NCBI GenBank assembly: GCA_964016885.1
Contig: OZ024741.1
Span: 191,270,001 to 191,334,000, forward strand
DNA: 64,000 nt
Origin: Eledone cirrhosa
Taxonomy: Eukaryota
Direction of reading: 5' to 3'
Positions 51,252-64,000 of the stretch are shown piece after piece. A program made the translations under genes and the position numbers. Every line of letters starts with the position of its first letter. Within the stretch, counting starts at the first letter, position 1. The notes under the pieces are model-generated. The model made no database searches. It saw only the letters and a list, made by a program, of their open reading frames with translations, and had not been told where the DNA came from.

Positions 51252-51962
51252 ATCATCATCATCATCATCATCATCATCGTTTAATGTCCATCTTCCATGC
51301 TAGCATGGGTTGGATGGGTTTGTCCCACTTGAGGCAAGATAGGTCGGCTGAACATGTCTCGCTCATACAGAACTGTTTCTGGCAGTTTTCTATGGCTGGA
51401 TGCCCTTCCTAACACCAACCACATTTACTGTGTGGACTGGGAGTCTTTTTACCGTGTCTCCTACACAACCACTTTACAGTGTGGATTGGGTGCTTTTCGT
51501 CATGTCACCTACACAACCACTTTACAGTGTGGATTGGGTGTTTTTCGTCGTGTCACCTACATGACCACTTTTCAGTGGATGGAAGTGGGAGGAGGGAGTG
51601 GGGGGAAGGGGTGGGGTGGGTATATATTGGGTTAAGAAGTGCCTACTGACTGTAGGTTCAAGTTCATATGTAAGGGATGGCAGGTCTTCTGTACAACTGC
51701 AAAGTGCCAAAGATCTTGATCCAGTGACATTGTCAGAGGAGCAAGTGAGCAAGGTCAGTTTTTATCACCTCGTCCCAGGTTTTTCTGAGTCAAACCACTC
51801 TGAAGCTTCCATCAATTTTGATCGCCCTGCACTTTTTTAGACATCTGTTGTCCTTCATATGCATCACATGTCCATACCAACACAATCTCTTCTCCTGTAC
51901 ACAGCATTTGATACCTTTTATGCTTAGTCTCTCTGTCAATTCATTTATGCTTTGCCATTGTA
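51252..51962 (-). mobile_element. PHD-RTE 3' end with ~49-bp 3'UTR tandem units
   Basis: EKRLCWYGHVMHMKD; repeated cacactgtaaagtggt units; (GAT)n tail. Confidence 0.82.
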
Positions 51963-52339
51963 AGTACTTTTTTCTCGTCATCATATTTGAAAAAAAAAAA
52001 TATTCTATCATGATCACCATCATCTTAAATATCGTTTTCCATGCTGCCATGGGTTAGATGAGTTATGGTTTCCATGGTTGAATGCCCTTCCTAATGCCAA
52101 TTGCATTCTATCTTACACACATTTTTCTACAGATTGATTGAATTCATATCCTTTTATGTATGTGTTCTTTAAATACTACACATTTCAACGTCTATATTTT
52201 CCAGTTGTGCTAAGATGCTAAAATTCTATATGTGCAGTTTCAATGGTTATAATATGCATCCACTGTTGAAATAAAGTCCAGTATTTGAGTTGTGTTGGTG
52301 ACATGACAAAAAGCATCTGGTCCACTCTGTAAGCCGATC

Positions 52340-52790
52340 ATGCACATGGCTTAATGGTTAGAGCATTGGGCTTGCAATCGAAAGGTTGTGATTTCAATTA
52401 TCGGACCGGGTAATGTGTTGTTTCCTTGAACAAGACACTTTATTTCACATTGCTCCAGTTTACTCAGCTGTAGAAATGAGATGATAGGACTGGGGTCCCT
52501 ATCATTCCACTGCAAAGTGGTTGTGGAGGTGCCACGGCAAAAAAGCACCCAGCCCACACTGTAAAGTGGACATGTAGGTGCCATGGAAAAAAAAGCACCC
52601 AACACTCACTGTAAATGAGGTTGGTGTTAGGAAGGGCATCCAGCTGTAGAAATCAAGCCAGAATCATTTCCCGTATGAGCAAGACAAGGTCAGCCAACTG
52701 GACTCTGCCTACAACAGGACAACTCGTATAATCCATGCTAGCGTGGAAGAACGGACGTAAAACGGTGATGATGATGATGATGATGATGAT
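52340..52790 (+). mobile_element. Full-length tRNA-CORE-type SINE with tail shared with the PHD-RTE 3'UTR
   Basis: tggcttaatggttagagc A-box, B-box-like gatttcaattatc, CORE-like tccttgaacaagacacttt, then ggttggtgttaggaagggcatccagctgtagaaa...ccatgctagcgtggaag..(gat)n. Confidence 0.78.
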
Positions 52791-52794
52791 TTGT

Positions 52795-53190
52795 GTACAC
52801 ATCTATTGGAGCATGCATGCTTTATTTCTACCTAATCTATGCAAGTCTTCTGCACACAATGCCAGGTCTCACTACCATATAACATTGCTGTTCGTATAGA
52901 AGCATCATACAATCTGCCTTTCATTTTTAGAGAAAATCCCTTTGTGGCCAACAGCAGTATTATCTCTCTGAACTTTTTCCATCCCGTTCTAACTCTGGCT
53001 ACTATACTTTCAGAAGACCCTCCTCCACTGCTGATTTTGTCACCCAGGTAACTATCTGGGCAGTGCGAAGGAGTTAGTATCCAGTGGGCACTCACTACCT
53101 ACTGCACCTGAGCATTGGCCACATATAAAATCTACATTCTTAGATAGCTTGCCTGTGATCCCACTACATATTTTATGTACCCAGAGTTTG
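52795..53190 (-). mobile_element. PHD-RTE subfamily B internal fragment
   Basis: YLGDKISSGGGSSESIVARVRTGWKKFRE. Confidence 0.85.
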
Positions 53191-53394
53191 TGTTATGATA
53201 GACTTTTCACATTATATAAAGAACCTCCCTGTTATTGAACCAACCAACCAACCAAAAATTTATAATAAATTGAAGTGAAAAACAAAAGGTGCATGTGTTT
53301 TTATTGGCAGCATGACCCTCCCAAAGTATAACAATATCTGTTTCAACACACGTTTTCAGATAAGAAATCTTGCAAAACAAATTCAAAAACGAAT

Positions 53395-53431
<37 letters not shown>

Positions 53432-53597
53432 GTGCGTAGATCACAAGTAAGATTGGGGATAAATACAGTTAAAATGGTACTCAAAACATTAGTAGAGTGT
53501 AAACATTTAAAAATATAGAATTGGCTTCTACAGGGCTAGAACTGTTTCATAATGAAACAGATCTAGTCTTGTAGAAGTCATTTACATGTTAAACAAT

Positions 53598-53708
<111 letters not shown>

Positions 53709-53909
53709 TGAATGATGATATATCAATCTACCAATACATACATCTATCTACATACCTGCATCTACATATATATATATGATGTCTGTATGGTTATTTCACT
53801 CATACAATGTGAGCCATTCTTGTGTGTTGATTGTATAATATAAGGCAGACGTAGTGTCTCATATACCCACATAATTTATTGGAAATTAAATATTTTATGT
53901 ATATACACC

Positions 53910-55222
53910 ATATATGCAGATGATTTAACTCTCACAGCTGAATCTATGGCTGAACTAGAGAAGAAATTCCAAACATGGAAACATGGCCTAGAATCAAAAG
54001 GCCTTAAAGTTAACTTGTCTAAGATTAAAGTTCTAGTATGTAGAAAGGAAAATAGGGCATAGGTGCCCTCTGGGAAATGTCCTTGCTTAGTGTGTAGGAA
54101 AGGAGTAGATAGAAATTCCATTCTAGGCCCCAAATGCAGACTATGGGTACATAAAAGATGCAGTGGCATCACAGGCAAGCTATCAAAGAATGTAGGTATT
54201 ATATGCAGCCGATGCTCAGATGCAGTAAATAGCAAGGGCCGACTGAATACTAGCTCCTTCAACTGCCCAGATGGTTTTATAAAAATAGTAGACACTTTCC
54301 ATTACCAAGATGACAAAATCAGCAGTGGAGGAGGGTGTTCTGAAAGTACAGTAGCCAGAGTAAGAACGGGATGGAAAAAGTTCAGAGAGCTAATACTGCT
54401 CTTGGTCACAAATGGTTTCTCTCTAAAAATGAAAGGTAGATTGTATTATGCTTGTATACGAACAGCAATATTACATGATAGTGAGACCTGGACATTGTGT
54501 GCGGAGGATCTGCACAGATTGGAAAGGAATGAAGCATGCATGCTTCGATGGATGTGTAATAGTAATATACATGAACAGCAAAGCATAAACGAACTAAGTG
54601 AGAAATTAGGCATAAGAGGGATCAGATGCAGTTTATTAGAGAGGAGATTGTGTTGGTGGGGTCATGTGATGCATATGAAGGAAGACAGCTGTATAAAAAA
54701 GTGCAGAGCTATCAAAATTGATGGAAGTTACGGAGTAGGTAGACACAGAAAACCCTGAGGTGAGGTGATAAAAGCTGACCTTGTACACTTGAACCTCTCT
54801 AAGACAATGACACAGGATAGAGATCTTTGGTGCTATGCAGTAATACAGAAGACCCACCTTCCCTTGCACACTGACTTAAACGTACACTCAGTAGGCACCT
54901 CTTAATCCAATATACACCCCCACACACCTACACTTCCCTCCCACTTCCACCCACACCACCTTTACTCTGTAAAGTTATGTTGGTACCACAAAACATCCAG
55001 TCCACTGTAAAGTGGTCCTGTAGGTGTCACAACAAAAAGCACTCAGCACACTCTGTAAATTTGGTTGGCATTAGGAAGGGCTTCCAGCTGTAGAAAACCA
55101 GCCAGAAAAAGTCCTATGCAAGCAAGACATGGTCTCTCGACCAAACTTCCCTCAAATGGCACAAACCCCTCTAACCTATGCTAGCGTGGAAGATAGACGC
55201 TAAACGATGATGATCATGATGT
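53910..55222 (+). mobile_element. PHD-RTE subfamily B copy truncated at YADD
   Basis: ORF 54063-54758 with PHD remnant and thumb; 3'UTR and (GAT)n. Confidence 0.9.
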
Positions 55223-55461
55223 TTACTAAATTTATGTATATATATATATATACAGTATACATTCCTTTATCTCACCCTACTCTTTCTGCCAGGAGTTTTC
55301 ACCAATAGATTGTATCTACAAAGGAAATACCAATGGAAACATTGTTTCCTTGGATCAATATTAATGTTCAACACCACTCAGTATTTGAATGATGTTTGGG
55401 ATCTTTCTTATCGATTGGTTAATATATATATATATATATAAATAAATATAAATATGTATAT

Positions 55462-55510
<49 letters not shown>

Positions 55511-55965
55511 TATATAGATAATATACATTGTACATATTATATAATATATTTGTGTGTGGTTATAATCATAATCATAGTGATGATGATGATGCATTCATAG
55601 GAGGAAGGGGCTCCTTCCCTTTGTCTAATTTCCCCACTCAGTCCCACACAAACCAGCCATCCAGCCATCCAGCCACCTGGCCTATTATATTTACTTCATT
55701 GGCCTTCTAAGCGAAGGTCAATCCCTCCTCCATACACGCACACAGATTGGAATTAGAACTATAAAATAACAAATTATGTGGAGTAAATGATACAATGCTA
55801 CAGTCTAAGGTTTCAACCATTTTTATCATTTATTGACATTTTTACAACTGGTTTCAATATCACTGAAACAGTGGCCAAGTTGTTAATATGTTGGATTTTT
55901 GTGACAAAGACATGATTTCAGAATTTTGCACACACATTACATGTTCTGTTCAAAGATTATTATTA

Positions 55966-56233
55966 TCGGGTCGATAAAATAAAGTACCAGTAATGTACTG
56001 GGTAATTGCTGGCCTTGTGCCTAAAGTAGAAACAATTATTTAAATAGGGCAGTGGATTGGCAGTATCGATAGAGGGTCAGACGCCATGCTTTGACGCATA
56101 GAGTTATGGCCCTTGCCATTCTGAGTTCAAATCCCGCCGAGGTTAACTTTGCCTTTCATCCTTATGGGGTCGATAAAATAAAGTACCAGTAATGCACTGG
56201 GTAATTGCTGGCCTTGTGCCAAAAGTAGAAACA

Positions 56234-56266
<33 letters not shown>

Positions 56267-56648
56267 AGGGCGGGGAATTGGCAGTATCAGTAGAGGGTCG
56301 GATGCCATGTTTTCCAGCATAGTTACATCCTTTTACGGTCTGAGTTCAAATCCCCTCAAGGTTAACTTTGCCTTTCATCCTTACGGGGGTCGATAAAATA
56401 AAGTACCAGTAATGCACTGGGAAATTGCTGGCCTTGTGCCAAAAGTAGAAACAATTACTATTATTAGGGGCGGTGGATTGGCAGTATCGGTAGCACTTTA
56501 CATTCTGAGTTCAAATTCTGCTACGGTTAACTTTGCCTTTCATGAATCCAAGGTCAATAAAATAATGTACTAGTCAATTGCTGGGGTTGATATGATTAAC
56601 TCTTCCTTTCCTAAATTGCTGGCCTTGTGCCAAAATTAGATATCATTA
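55966..56648 (+). mobile_element. Tandem array of four family N SINEs
   Basis: Units at ~55966-56040, 56046-56265, 56267-56465 and 56467-56648, separated by (ATT)n. Confidence 0.85.
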
Positions 56649-57005
56649 TTAATACTTTTCTTCTTGATAGGGAAATAAGGTTTGACATTTCAAGTCATTT
56701 ACTTGTCTTTAACAACTCTCTATGCTTTCCCATGCAGAAAATTTTCGTCAGCCACCCATACTGGGAAGTATAGATCATGTCTCCTTTTAATAGTTACCAG
56801 CATTCTGAGCCACACCTCAGGAGAGGTTTGGCATGGCTGTTAACACTATTGATACCAACTTACCTAAAACTGCCCCTGAATCAATGACACAAAACTGTTT
56901 ACTTTAAATGTTTATATTTATCTAAAAGTCCTCCATAATAATTTTATGTAAGAACCTTTCATAAGTTATATTCCAAACACTATTTTATAATAATTGTTTC
57001 TACAT

Positions 57006-57160
57006 TTGGCAATTACCCAGTACATTACTGGTACTTTATTTTATCGACCCCGTAAGGATGAAAGGCAAAGTTAACCTCGGCGGGATTTGAACTCAGACTG
57101 TAAAGGGACGTAACTATGCTGGAAAGCATGGCGTCCGACTCTCTACCGATACTATAATAA
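57006..57160 (-). mobile_element. Family N SINE
   Basis: Reverse complement of 10300-10450. Confidence 0.82.
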
Positions 57161-57637
57161 TAACGAGAAAGTCATTTATGTTCCTAAATCCCTCTAAATT
57201 CTTGTTTATTTTCAAAATTAAATGAAAATCATAGGTGGTGTCTTTCATTAGAAACATGGTATGGAAGGGGTTAGAGAATTCAATACATAATTTGATAAAA
57301 AAAAGTGTCAGTATTGGGGGTGGAGTGACAAAATCACCTGACAAAAAAGCCAGTGCAAGGTTTCTTGACCAGAAGATATAGCAGTCAAATCACCCTCATA
57401 TCATGTTCTGTTGTCTTAAAGATAAAAAGAGGAAGAATGCATAGGATAATGTAATTTATTTTTTATATATCATCATGATATATAAAATTGAACTGGTCAA
57501 TCAAGCTAGAGATCATCTGGCCTAACAAATGCTAAAGATCAGTATTTACTACACTGGTTAATATTGTTGTAGGCCTGGTCTATAAAACCCAGTTCAGTTC
57601 TCAGTAAAATTAAACTACATTATATTTATACATATAT

Positions 57638-57816
57638 AGGGCAGTATCGGTAGAGGGTCGGACGCCATGCTTTCCAGCATAGTTACGTCCCTTTACGATC
57701 TGAGTTCAAATCCCGCCGAGGTTGACTTTGCCTTTCATCCTTACGGGGTCGATAAAATAAAGTACCAGTAATGTACTAGTAATTGCTGGCCTTGTGCCTA
57801 AAGTAGAAACAATTAT
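57638..57816 (+). mobile_element. Family N SINE
   Basis: Near identical to 10300-10478. Confidence 0.85.
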
Positions 57817-58141
57817 ATTTATACATATATCTGAATATGTGTGTGTGTTGTGTGTGTGTGTGTGGGTATACACACACAAATTATATTTTGAACAGTCTTT
57901 TCAGAAGATGATGTGTAGCAACCATCAACCAACCATCAATTACAAATACATACATCTTCAGCCATACGTACTCATCCTTGACCACACACACACACATACA
58001 TAATATCATGTATTGTTTTTTTCCCTGAACATTTTTTCAACATCTCTTTCAAAGTTTCACAAGGTTCCTCATCAAATTCCCCTCCCCTCCCCTCTCTCTC
58101 CCCCCCTCTCTCTCTCTCTCTCTCTCTTTACACACACACAT

Positions 58142-58235
<94 letters not shown>

Positions 58236-58245
58236 TATATATATT

Positions 58246-58318
<73 letters not shown>

Positions 58319-58321
58319 ATA

Positions 58322-58854
58322 TATATAATAGTAAAAAAGAAAAAAAAACAGATTTACAAAAAAGGAATTTCCCTATTTTTCGTACCGGTTGCAGTCGATG
58401 GGCTTCTTCAAGTGACGGAAGTGTATAATGAAAGTAAATTGTATATTTATAAGAATATGGAAAAAAAGTAACATGGTATACATACATTTTTGTTTATCGT
58501 TTTCTGTCTTTCTCTCTTGGTGTTGGCCATAACTGTGTCACTATTAATAGTGTGATTAGCAGAGAAGAATTAATAGTGACACAGTTGTGATCAACACCAA
58601 GAGAGAAAGACAGAAAAAGATAAACAAAAATGTGACCTTTTCTCTCTATGTATGTATACCATGTTACTTTTTTCCATATTCTTATAAATATACAATTTAC
58701 TTTCATTATACACTTTCGTCGCTTGAAGAAGCCCATCGACTGCAACCTGTACGAAAAATACGAAAATTCCTTTTTTGTAAATAAATGTCTTGCTGTTAAT
58801 CTATGAGAAAATCCCTTTAGCATTTTCTACTGTTTTTTTCTTCTTTTTTACTAT

Positions 58855-58860
<6 letters not shown>
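58322..58860. repeat. ~540-bp fold-back palindrome
   Basis: 58322-58548 is the reverse complement of 58569-58860 apart from two insertions in the right arm; ~20-nt loop. Confidence 0.9.
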
Positions 58861-58898
<38 letters not shown>

Positions 58899-58932
58899 AC
58901 TTCTCTACATTCTCTCTCTATATATATATATA

Positions 58933-59835
58933 TATTGTTATACTTGGGGAGGGTCATATTGTTATAATATTGCCAGAAATAACAACAGAACACACTCACT
59001 GTTTGGTTTGGGCTGGTCTTCGCTACTGTATCTTTTATATCTCCATAGTTAATTTATCTGACAATTAATGTTTATCATTGATTGACCAACGGTTTAAAAA
59101 TACAGATATAAATATAAATATATATAGTCTATCAAAGTTCTTTCGTTGCACATCTGTGACATCATCAGTGGTACTAATATGTTTCCTCCCATTGTATTGT
59201 AATGTCTACGTCATTTTTATTTTATTTATTTATTTATTTATTTATTTATTCTTGTCTCTGTCTCTGCGTCTGCGTTTGTATGTGTGTTCGCGTTTGAGTG
59301 TATGTGTTTTTGTTTTTGTATTCTATCTTTGTTCACTAGTATTGTGTTTATATGTTTTTGTTGTTATTGTACTTGTGTATATATTTATTTATTTATTTAT
59401 TTATTTATTTATATTTCCCTTAAGTCAGGATTGTTTGTTTGGGTGTGGTTATTGTTGTTATTCCATTCGTTCTTTCTCTTCAACTTTGGTCTTCTTAGTT
59501 CTATCTCACTTGCTTCTCTGATTTGTCTACCTGTTGAGTCATTTCTATGTTTAGATATTATTTTAATTTCTATGTTGTCTATATTACCGTTATGTCTTTG
59601 TCTGGCGTGTTCGTATAGTACTGAACCGTTATGTTGTCCTTTTAGTTCCCCCCAGTGTTGGTCTATTCTCTCTCCTATACTTCGAGGTGTCTCACCTATG
59701 TATGTCGTTGTCATGTTTCTGCAAGTACCCTCTGTACCTCTTATGCTATAGACTACATTTCTAGTTTTACTATTTATCTGGGGGTTCATTTTACAAATAA
59801 CACATTTCTTATTCGTACAGTGGGTTTTCTTAATA
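58933..59835 (-). mobile_element. Penelope-like 3' end: GIY-YIG remnant + family 1 pLTR with hammerhead (59126-59175)
   Basis: ORF 59409-59789: KTRNVVYSI..TYIGETPRSIGERIDQH..RQIREA. Confidence 0.82.
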
Positions 59836-60404
59836 TATATGTATTACTTCACCACCCACTCTCTCTATTCTTTCTTTCTCCTTTTCACACTCCCCCATTC
59901 ATCAGCCCACACACTCAACACAATGTTATTTTTATTACTCTACCACTACACTCACACACCTCCCCCACAGCCACACATATACACATCCCCACAGCCACAC
60001 ATATACACACCTTTTGTCCCCACCCTCCTACACACTCACATACTTGTATACCCCCCATACACAATTTATCACTATTTATCACTTGCTCGTTCTTTTCTTA
60101 CCCTCTCCTCCTCTCCTTCCACCTTCTTTATCCCTTCTCACCTCTTCTCTCTTTCTCATTGTACTTTTAACCATCATTTACTTTCTAATACTTTTCATTT
60201 TCTTCAGCCCCCATTTCTTCTTCCTTCCTTAAAATAATGAGAGTTATTGAGTAAATAAGATAGGACCCCTACTTTAGAAGGGCGAGGGAGAGTGGGGAGG
60301 GACAGCCCTTTATTTCATCCCTAACAACCTACTGAAAATTTCAAGTCAGCTCTTACAACTACATTACATACTAACTCACTACTGACCCTTTTAACCACAA
60401 TATA

Positions 60405-60607
60405 CATCATCCACCCATCCATCCACCCACCCACCCATCCACCCATCCATCCACCCATCCACCCATCCACCCACCCATCCATCCATCCACCCACCCATCC
60501 ACCCACCCATCCACCCATCCATCCACCCATCCATCCATCCATCCATCCATCCACCCACCCACCCATCCATCCACCCACCCATCCAATTACCCAGCCAGCC
60601 AGCCAGC
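60405..60607. repeat. (CCAT/CCAC)n tetranucleotide microsatellite
   Basis: Directly visible. Confidence 0.95.
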
Positions 60608-60705
60608 ATTCCAGTTATCAATCTGCCAGTTTTGTCTATTCATCTATTTATGTATTTAATTGTGCATCTGTCTTTTGTTGTTTTTACTATTTACCTATCT
60701 ATCTA

Positions 60706-61320
60706 TGGCGAGAATGGCCCGTGTGAATGGGCCTTCTCTTTACATAAGCCTGTAGGTGGAAAAGAGGAAGGAACGAGGGAGCACCCCCTCTCTGTGCTCC
60801 TGAGGAGAAGGGTTGCACACTTTTTTCGGGGGGGGGGGGGTGACCCCTCAAGGCGCCTCCTCTCTATTGAGCATTTTGTTATAAATTTTATTTTTTGTTA
60901 TATTTTATTTTATTTTTATATTTTGTTATTGCCTCCTCCTTATTGAGGACGCCTTGTTTTGTAAACTCCCCCCTTTGTACTTGTCCCACTTTTGATGCCC
61001 TGGTGGCAAATAAAAGAAACATATCTATCTATCTTCTCTGTATATCAGCCTGTAGGTTGAGGAAAAGGAGGAGGAGAGGAAAGGAGTACAAACTCTTCGT
61101 ACTCCTGGAGATGAGGGTTGCACATTTTTTCAGGGGTATGTGTTACCCATATAAACTGTCTCCCCCTATTGGGGAAAATCGACTAACTTTTTAAATTGCA
61201 TTTGTGATAACATTTTACACGTTTTTATTGTATGTAAACTTCCCCCTTTGTATTTGTCCCCTTCTTTTGTGCCCCTGTGGCTAATAAAGAAACATATCTA
61301 TCTATCTATCTATCTATCCA
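60706..61320 (+). mobile_element. Two tandem 3' ends of a second Tx1-like subfamily with (TCTA)n tails
   Basis: gcgagaatggcccgtgtgaatggg...gcctgtag is homologous to 6072-6120; both end gccc.tgtgg..aataaa(a)gaaacatatctatctat. Confidence 0.72.
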
Positions 61321-61328
61321 ACTATTCA

Positions 61329-61393
<65 letters not shown>

Positions 61394-61768
61394 CGGCTTC
61401 TGAGATGCTGTGGCATGATCACAGCTTAAAACAGTTATAACAGCACTTATATATATGTTTATCATACGTTTATGCTCTCATATTTAGTTCTATTATGAAT
61501 CACACTATGTTAGTGTAAAAGATATATATAAATATATATGTATGTAAAAGGTAAACAGAAATAACAACATAATCGGTACTGTATATGGAAGGAATATATT
61601 AGTTTAATAGTTGAAAGAATTAAAAAAGACAGAGAAGCTGTGTGGGTTACCAATAAATATTATTTAGAAAACATGGGTGAAAACATGGAAGACACTAACA
61701 CAAGGACAATTCCTGCTCATTGACTGTCTTCTGTGGATCATTAAATTTATATATATATATATATATAT

Positions 61769-63140
61769 ATGGGAACTCCTATACGCAGATGATCTAACTC
61801 TCATAGCTGAATCTATGGCTGAACTAGAGAAGAAATTCCAAACATGGAAGCATGGCCTATAATCAAAAAGCCTTAAAGTTAACTTGTCTAAGACTAAAGT
61901 TCTAGTATGTAGAAAGGAAAATAGGGTACATGTGCCCTCAGGGAAATTGCCATGCTCAATGTGTAGGAAAGGAGTAGGCAGAAATTCCATTTTATGTCCC
62001 AAATGCAAATTATGGGTACATAAAAGATGTAGTGGGACCACAGGTAAACTATCTAAGAACGTAGACTTTATATGTGGCCGATGCTCAGGTGCAATAAGTA
62101 GCAAGTGCCCACAGGATACTAGCTCCTTCTATTGCCCAGATGGTTCTATAGAAATAGTAGACACCTTCCATTACCTGGGTGATGAAATCAGCAGTGGGGG
62201 AGGGTGCTCTGAAAGTACAGTAGCCAGAGTTAGAACAGAATGGAAAAAATTCAGAGAGCTTATATCACTGTTGGCCACAAAAGGTCTCTCTCTAAAAATG
62301 AAAGGCAGATTGTATGATGCCTGTATTCAAACAGCAATGCTACATGGCAGTGAGACATGGGCATTGCGTGCAGACTGGAAAGGAATGAAGCATGCATGCT
62401 CCGTTGAATGTGTAATAGTAATATACGTGAACGGCAAAGCATAAGTGAACTAAGTGAGAAATTAGGAATAAGAGGGATCAGATGCTGTTTACTCGAGAGA
62501 AGACTACGTTGGTATGGCCACGTGATGCACATGAAAGATGACAGCTGTATAAAAAAGTGCAGGGTGATCAAAATTTATGGTAGTTACGGAGTAGGTAGAC
62601 CCAGAAAAACCTGGAGCGATCTGATAAATTCCGACCTTACACACTTGCACCTCCCTAAGACAATGTCACTGGACCGAGATCTTTGGCGCTACGCAGTAAT
62701 ACTGAAGACCCGCCTTGCCTATGTACAAAGCAAAACATACAGTCAGTAGGCACCTCTTAACCAAATATACACCCCAATCCACTACCCCTACCCTATCCTC
62801 CCACTCCCACCAACACCACCCTCTCTCTATAAAGTTGGTAACACAACATTCAGTCCAAATAAATGAGATAATGAGATCGAGATCGTGTAGGTGACACGAC
62901 AAAAAAACACACAGTTCACGCTGTAATGTGGCCGTGTGGGTAACATGGTAAAAAGTTCCCAGTTCCACACTGTAAATGTGGTTGGTGTTAGGAAGGGCAT
63001 CCAGCTGTAGAAAACTTGCCAGATAGTCCTATATGAGTGGACACGGTCGCCTGACCAACCTTGTCTCAAGTGGGACAACTCCCGTCTAACCCATGCTAGT
63101 GTGGAAGATGGACGTTAAACGAAGATGATGATGATGATAT
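61769..63140 (+). mobile_element. PHD-RTE subfamily B copy truncated at WELLYADD
   Basis: ORFs 61884-62444 and 62408-62749; starts directly after (TA)n. Confidence 0.92.
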
Positions 63141-64000
63141 ATATATATGAGTTTAGACTGGCCAAGTGACCACATCTTGTTCATATATTCTATATTTGGT
63201 ATGTTTCAACAGCTGGAGGCCCTTCGTAACACCAACTACATTACAGGTTGTACTAGGTACATTTTTTTGAGGCACCAGCACTACCAATTTACAGAGTAGA
63301 CTAGGTGTGTTATATCATGGCACCAAAGACTCAGTATATATATATATGTATATTATGGTTATTTCATGCAAATTAATCCAATATTAGTTTTGCAGTTTCA
63401 ACCATCAATCAATAAACATTTGACTAAGCAGGATTCAGCACTCAACATAGAATATCTTTCCAGTTATATGATCAAAAATATAATTTTTTATTATGTGATA
63501 TTCTGTTGGGCAGGCTTCTGATGTTGATTATTCACTGCATGGTTGATATATATTGATATATATAACATACAGCATCCATACAGGATACATTTACTCATCA
63601 TTATTGATTGCTTTGGTTGAATACAATGCATTGCCAAATTAGACTTTCTTGTGTTGCCCTTATACATTCACTGTCTAATTCTTGATATTTTCCATTCAGA
63701 TAATTGCCATGTGTAACCCAGTTTTTAGAATAGGTACACCCTCTCCCTACATGTCATAAGAGGAGACTAAAAGGGTTTACATCAGGAAGGGAATCTAATT
63801 GCAAAACATTGTCTCAGAACATCTTGTCCAACCCATTCCAACATGAAGAAGTGGACATAAATAAAATGATGATAATTCTTGGTTTTCCTCTTTTTCTTCC
63901 CCCATTCATGTTGCTTTGCATTGATAATTTCTATTGTAGGTCATACCAGGCAAGCATTGAGGTCAACCTAATCGACTTTACCCCTCCCCCAACATTTCTG

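Noticed and set aside
56737-56900. Possible additional host exons after cag acceptors (also ~39226 and ~63699)
   Set aside because: Frames hit stops quickly or show no PLAT or other domain similarity and no good donor
58013-58471. Many ORFs rich in YI/HT/CV dipeptides (also 27499-27946, 32914-33807, 41069-41680, 43267-44200, 48278-48552)
   Set aside because: Stop-free frames through (TA)n/(CA)n repeats, not genes
58720-58770. TTGAAGA...GAAA in the palindrome arm as a hammerhead variant
   Set aside because: No convincing stems I-III
60321-60621. ORFs of GWMDG repeats
   Set aside because: Translation of a (CCAT/CCAC)n microsatellite

Overview
Eukaryotic, AT-rich, extremely repeat-dense DNA. 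The mix of (TA)n/(CA)n/(GAT)n microsatellites, RTE LINEs and tRNA-SINEs resembles coleoid cephalopod (Octopus-like) sequence, which is an inference. The window looks like giant introns of a + strand host gene. The only convincing host exon is a 390-nt phase-1/phase-1 exon (49176-49565) encoding one complete PLAT/LH2 domain (LOXHD1-like), missed by the ORF track. The rest is mostly mobile DNA: (1) a head-to-tail cluster of Tx1/L1-clade LINEs; (2) many copies of two RTE-type LINE subfamilies whose RT carries an inserted C4HC3 PHD finger; (3) a near full-length RTE of another family, a CR1/L2 LINE and an R4/Dong-like remnant; (4) at least three families of Penelope-like elements (RT + GIY-YIG), with hammerhead-ribozyme folds in or near their pseudo-LTRs, one with a non-canonical CAGAAGA core; (5) Helitron Rep/helicase remnants and non-autonomous Helitrons, two SINE families and a mariner-type MITE. 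Several elements carry clean internal inversions, and there are long fold-back palindromes. Element boundaries were read by eye and are approximate to tens of bp; motif and exon coordinates are more exact.
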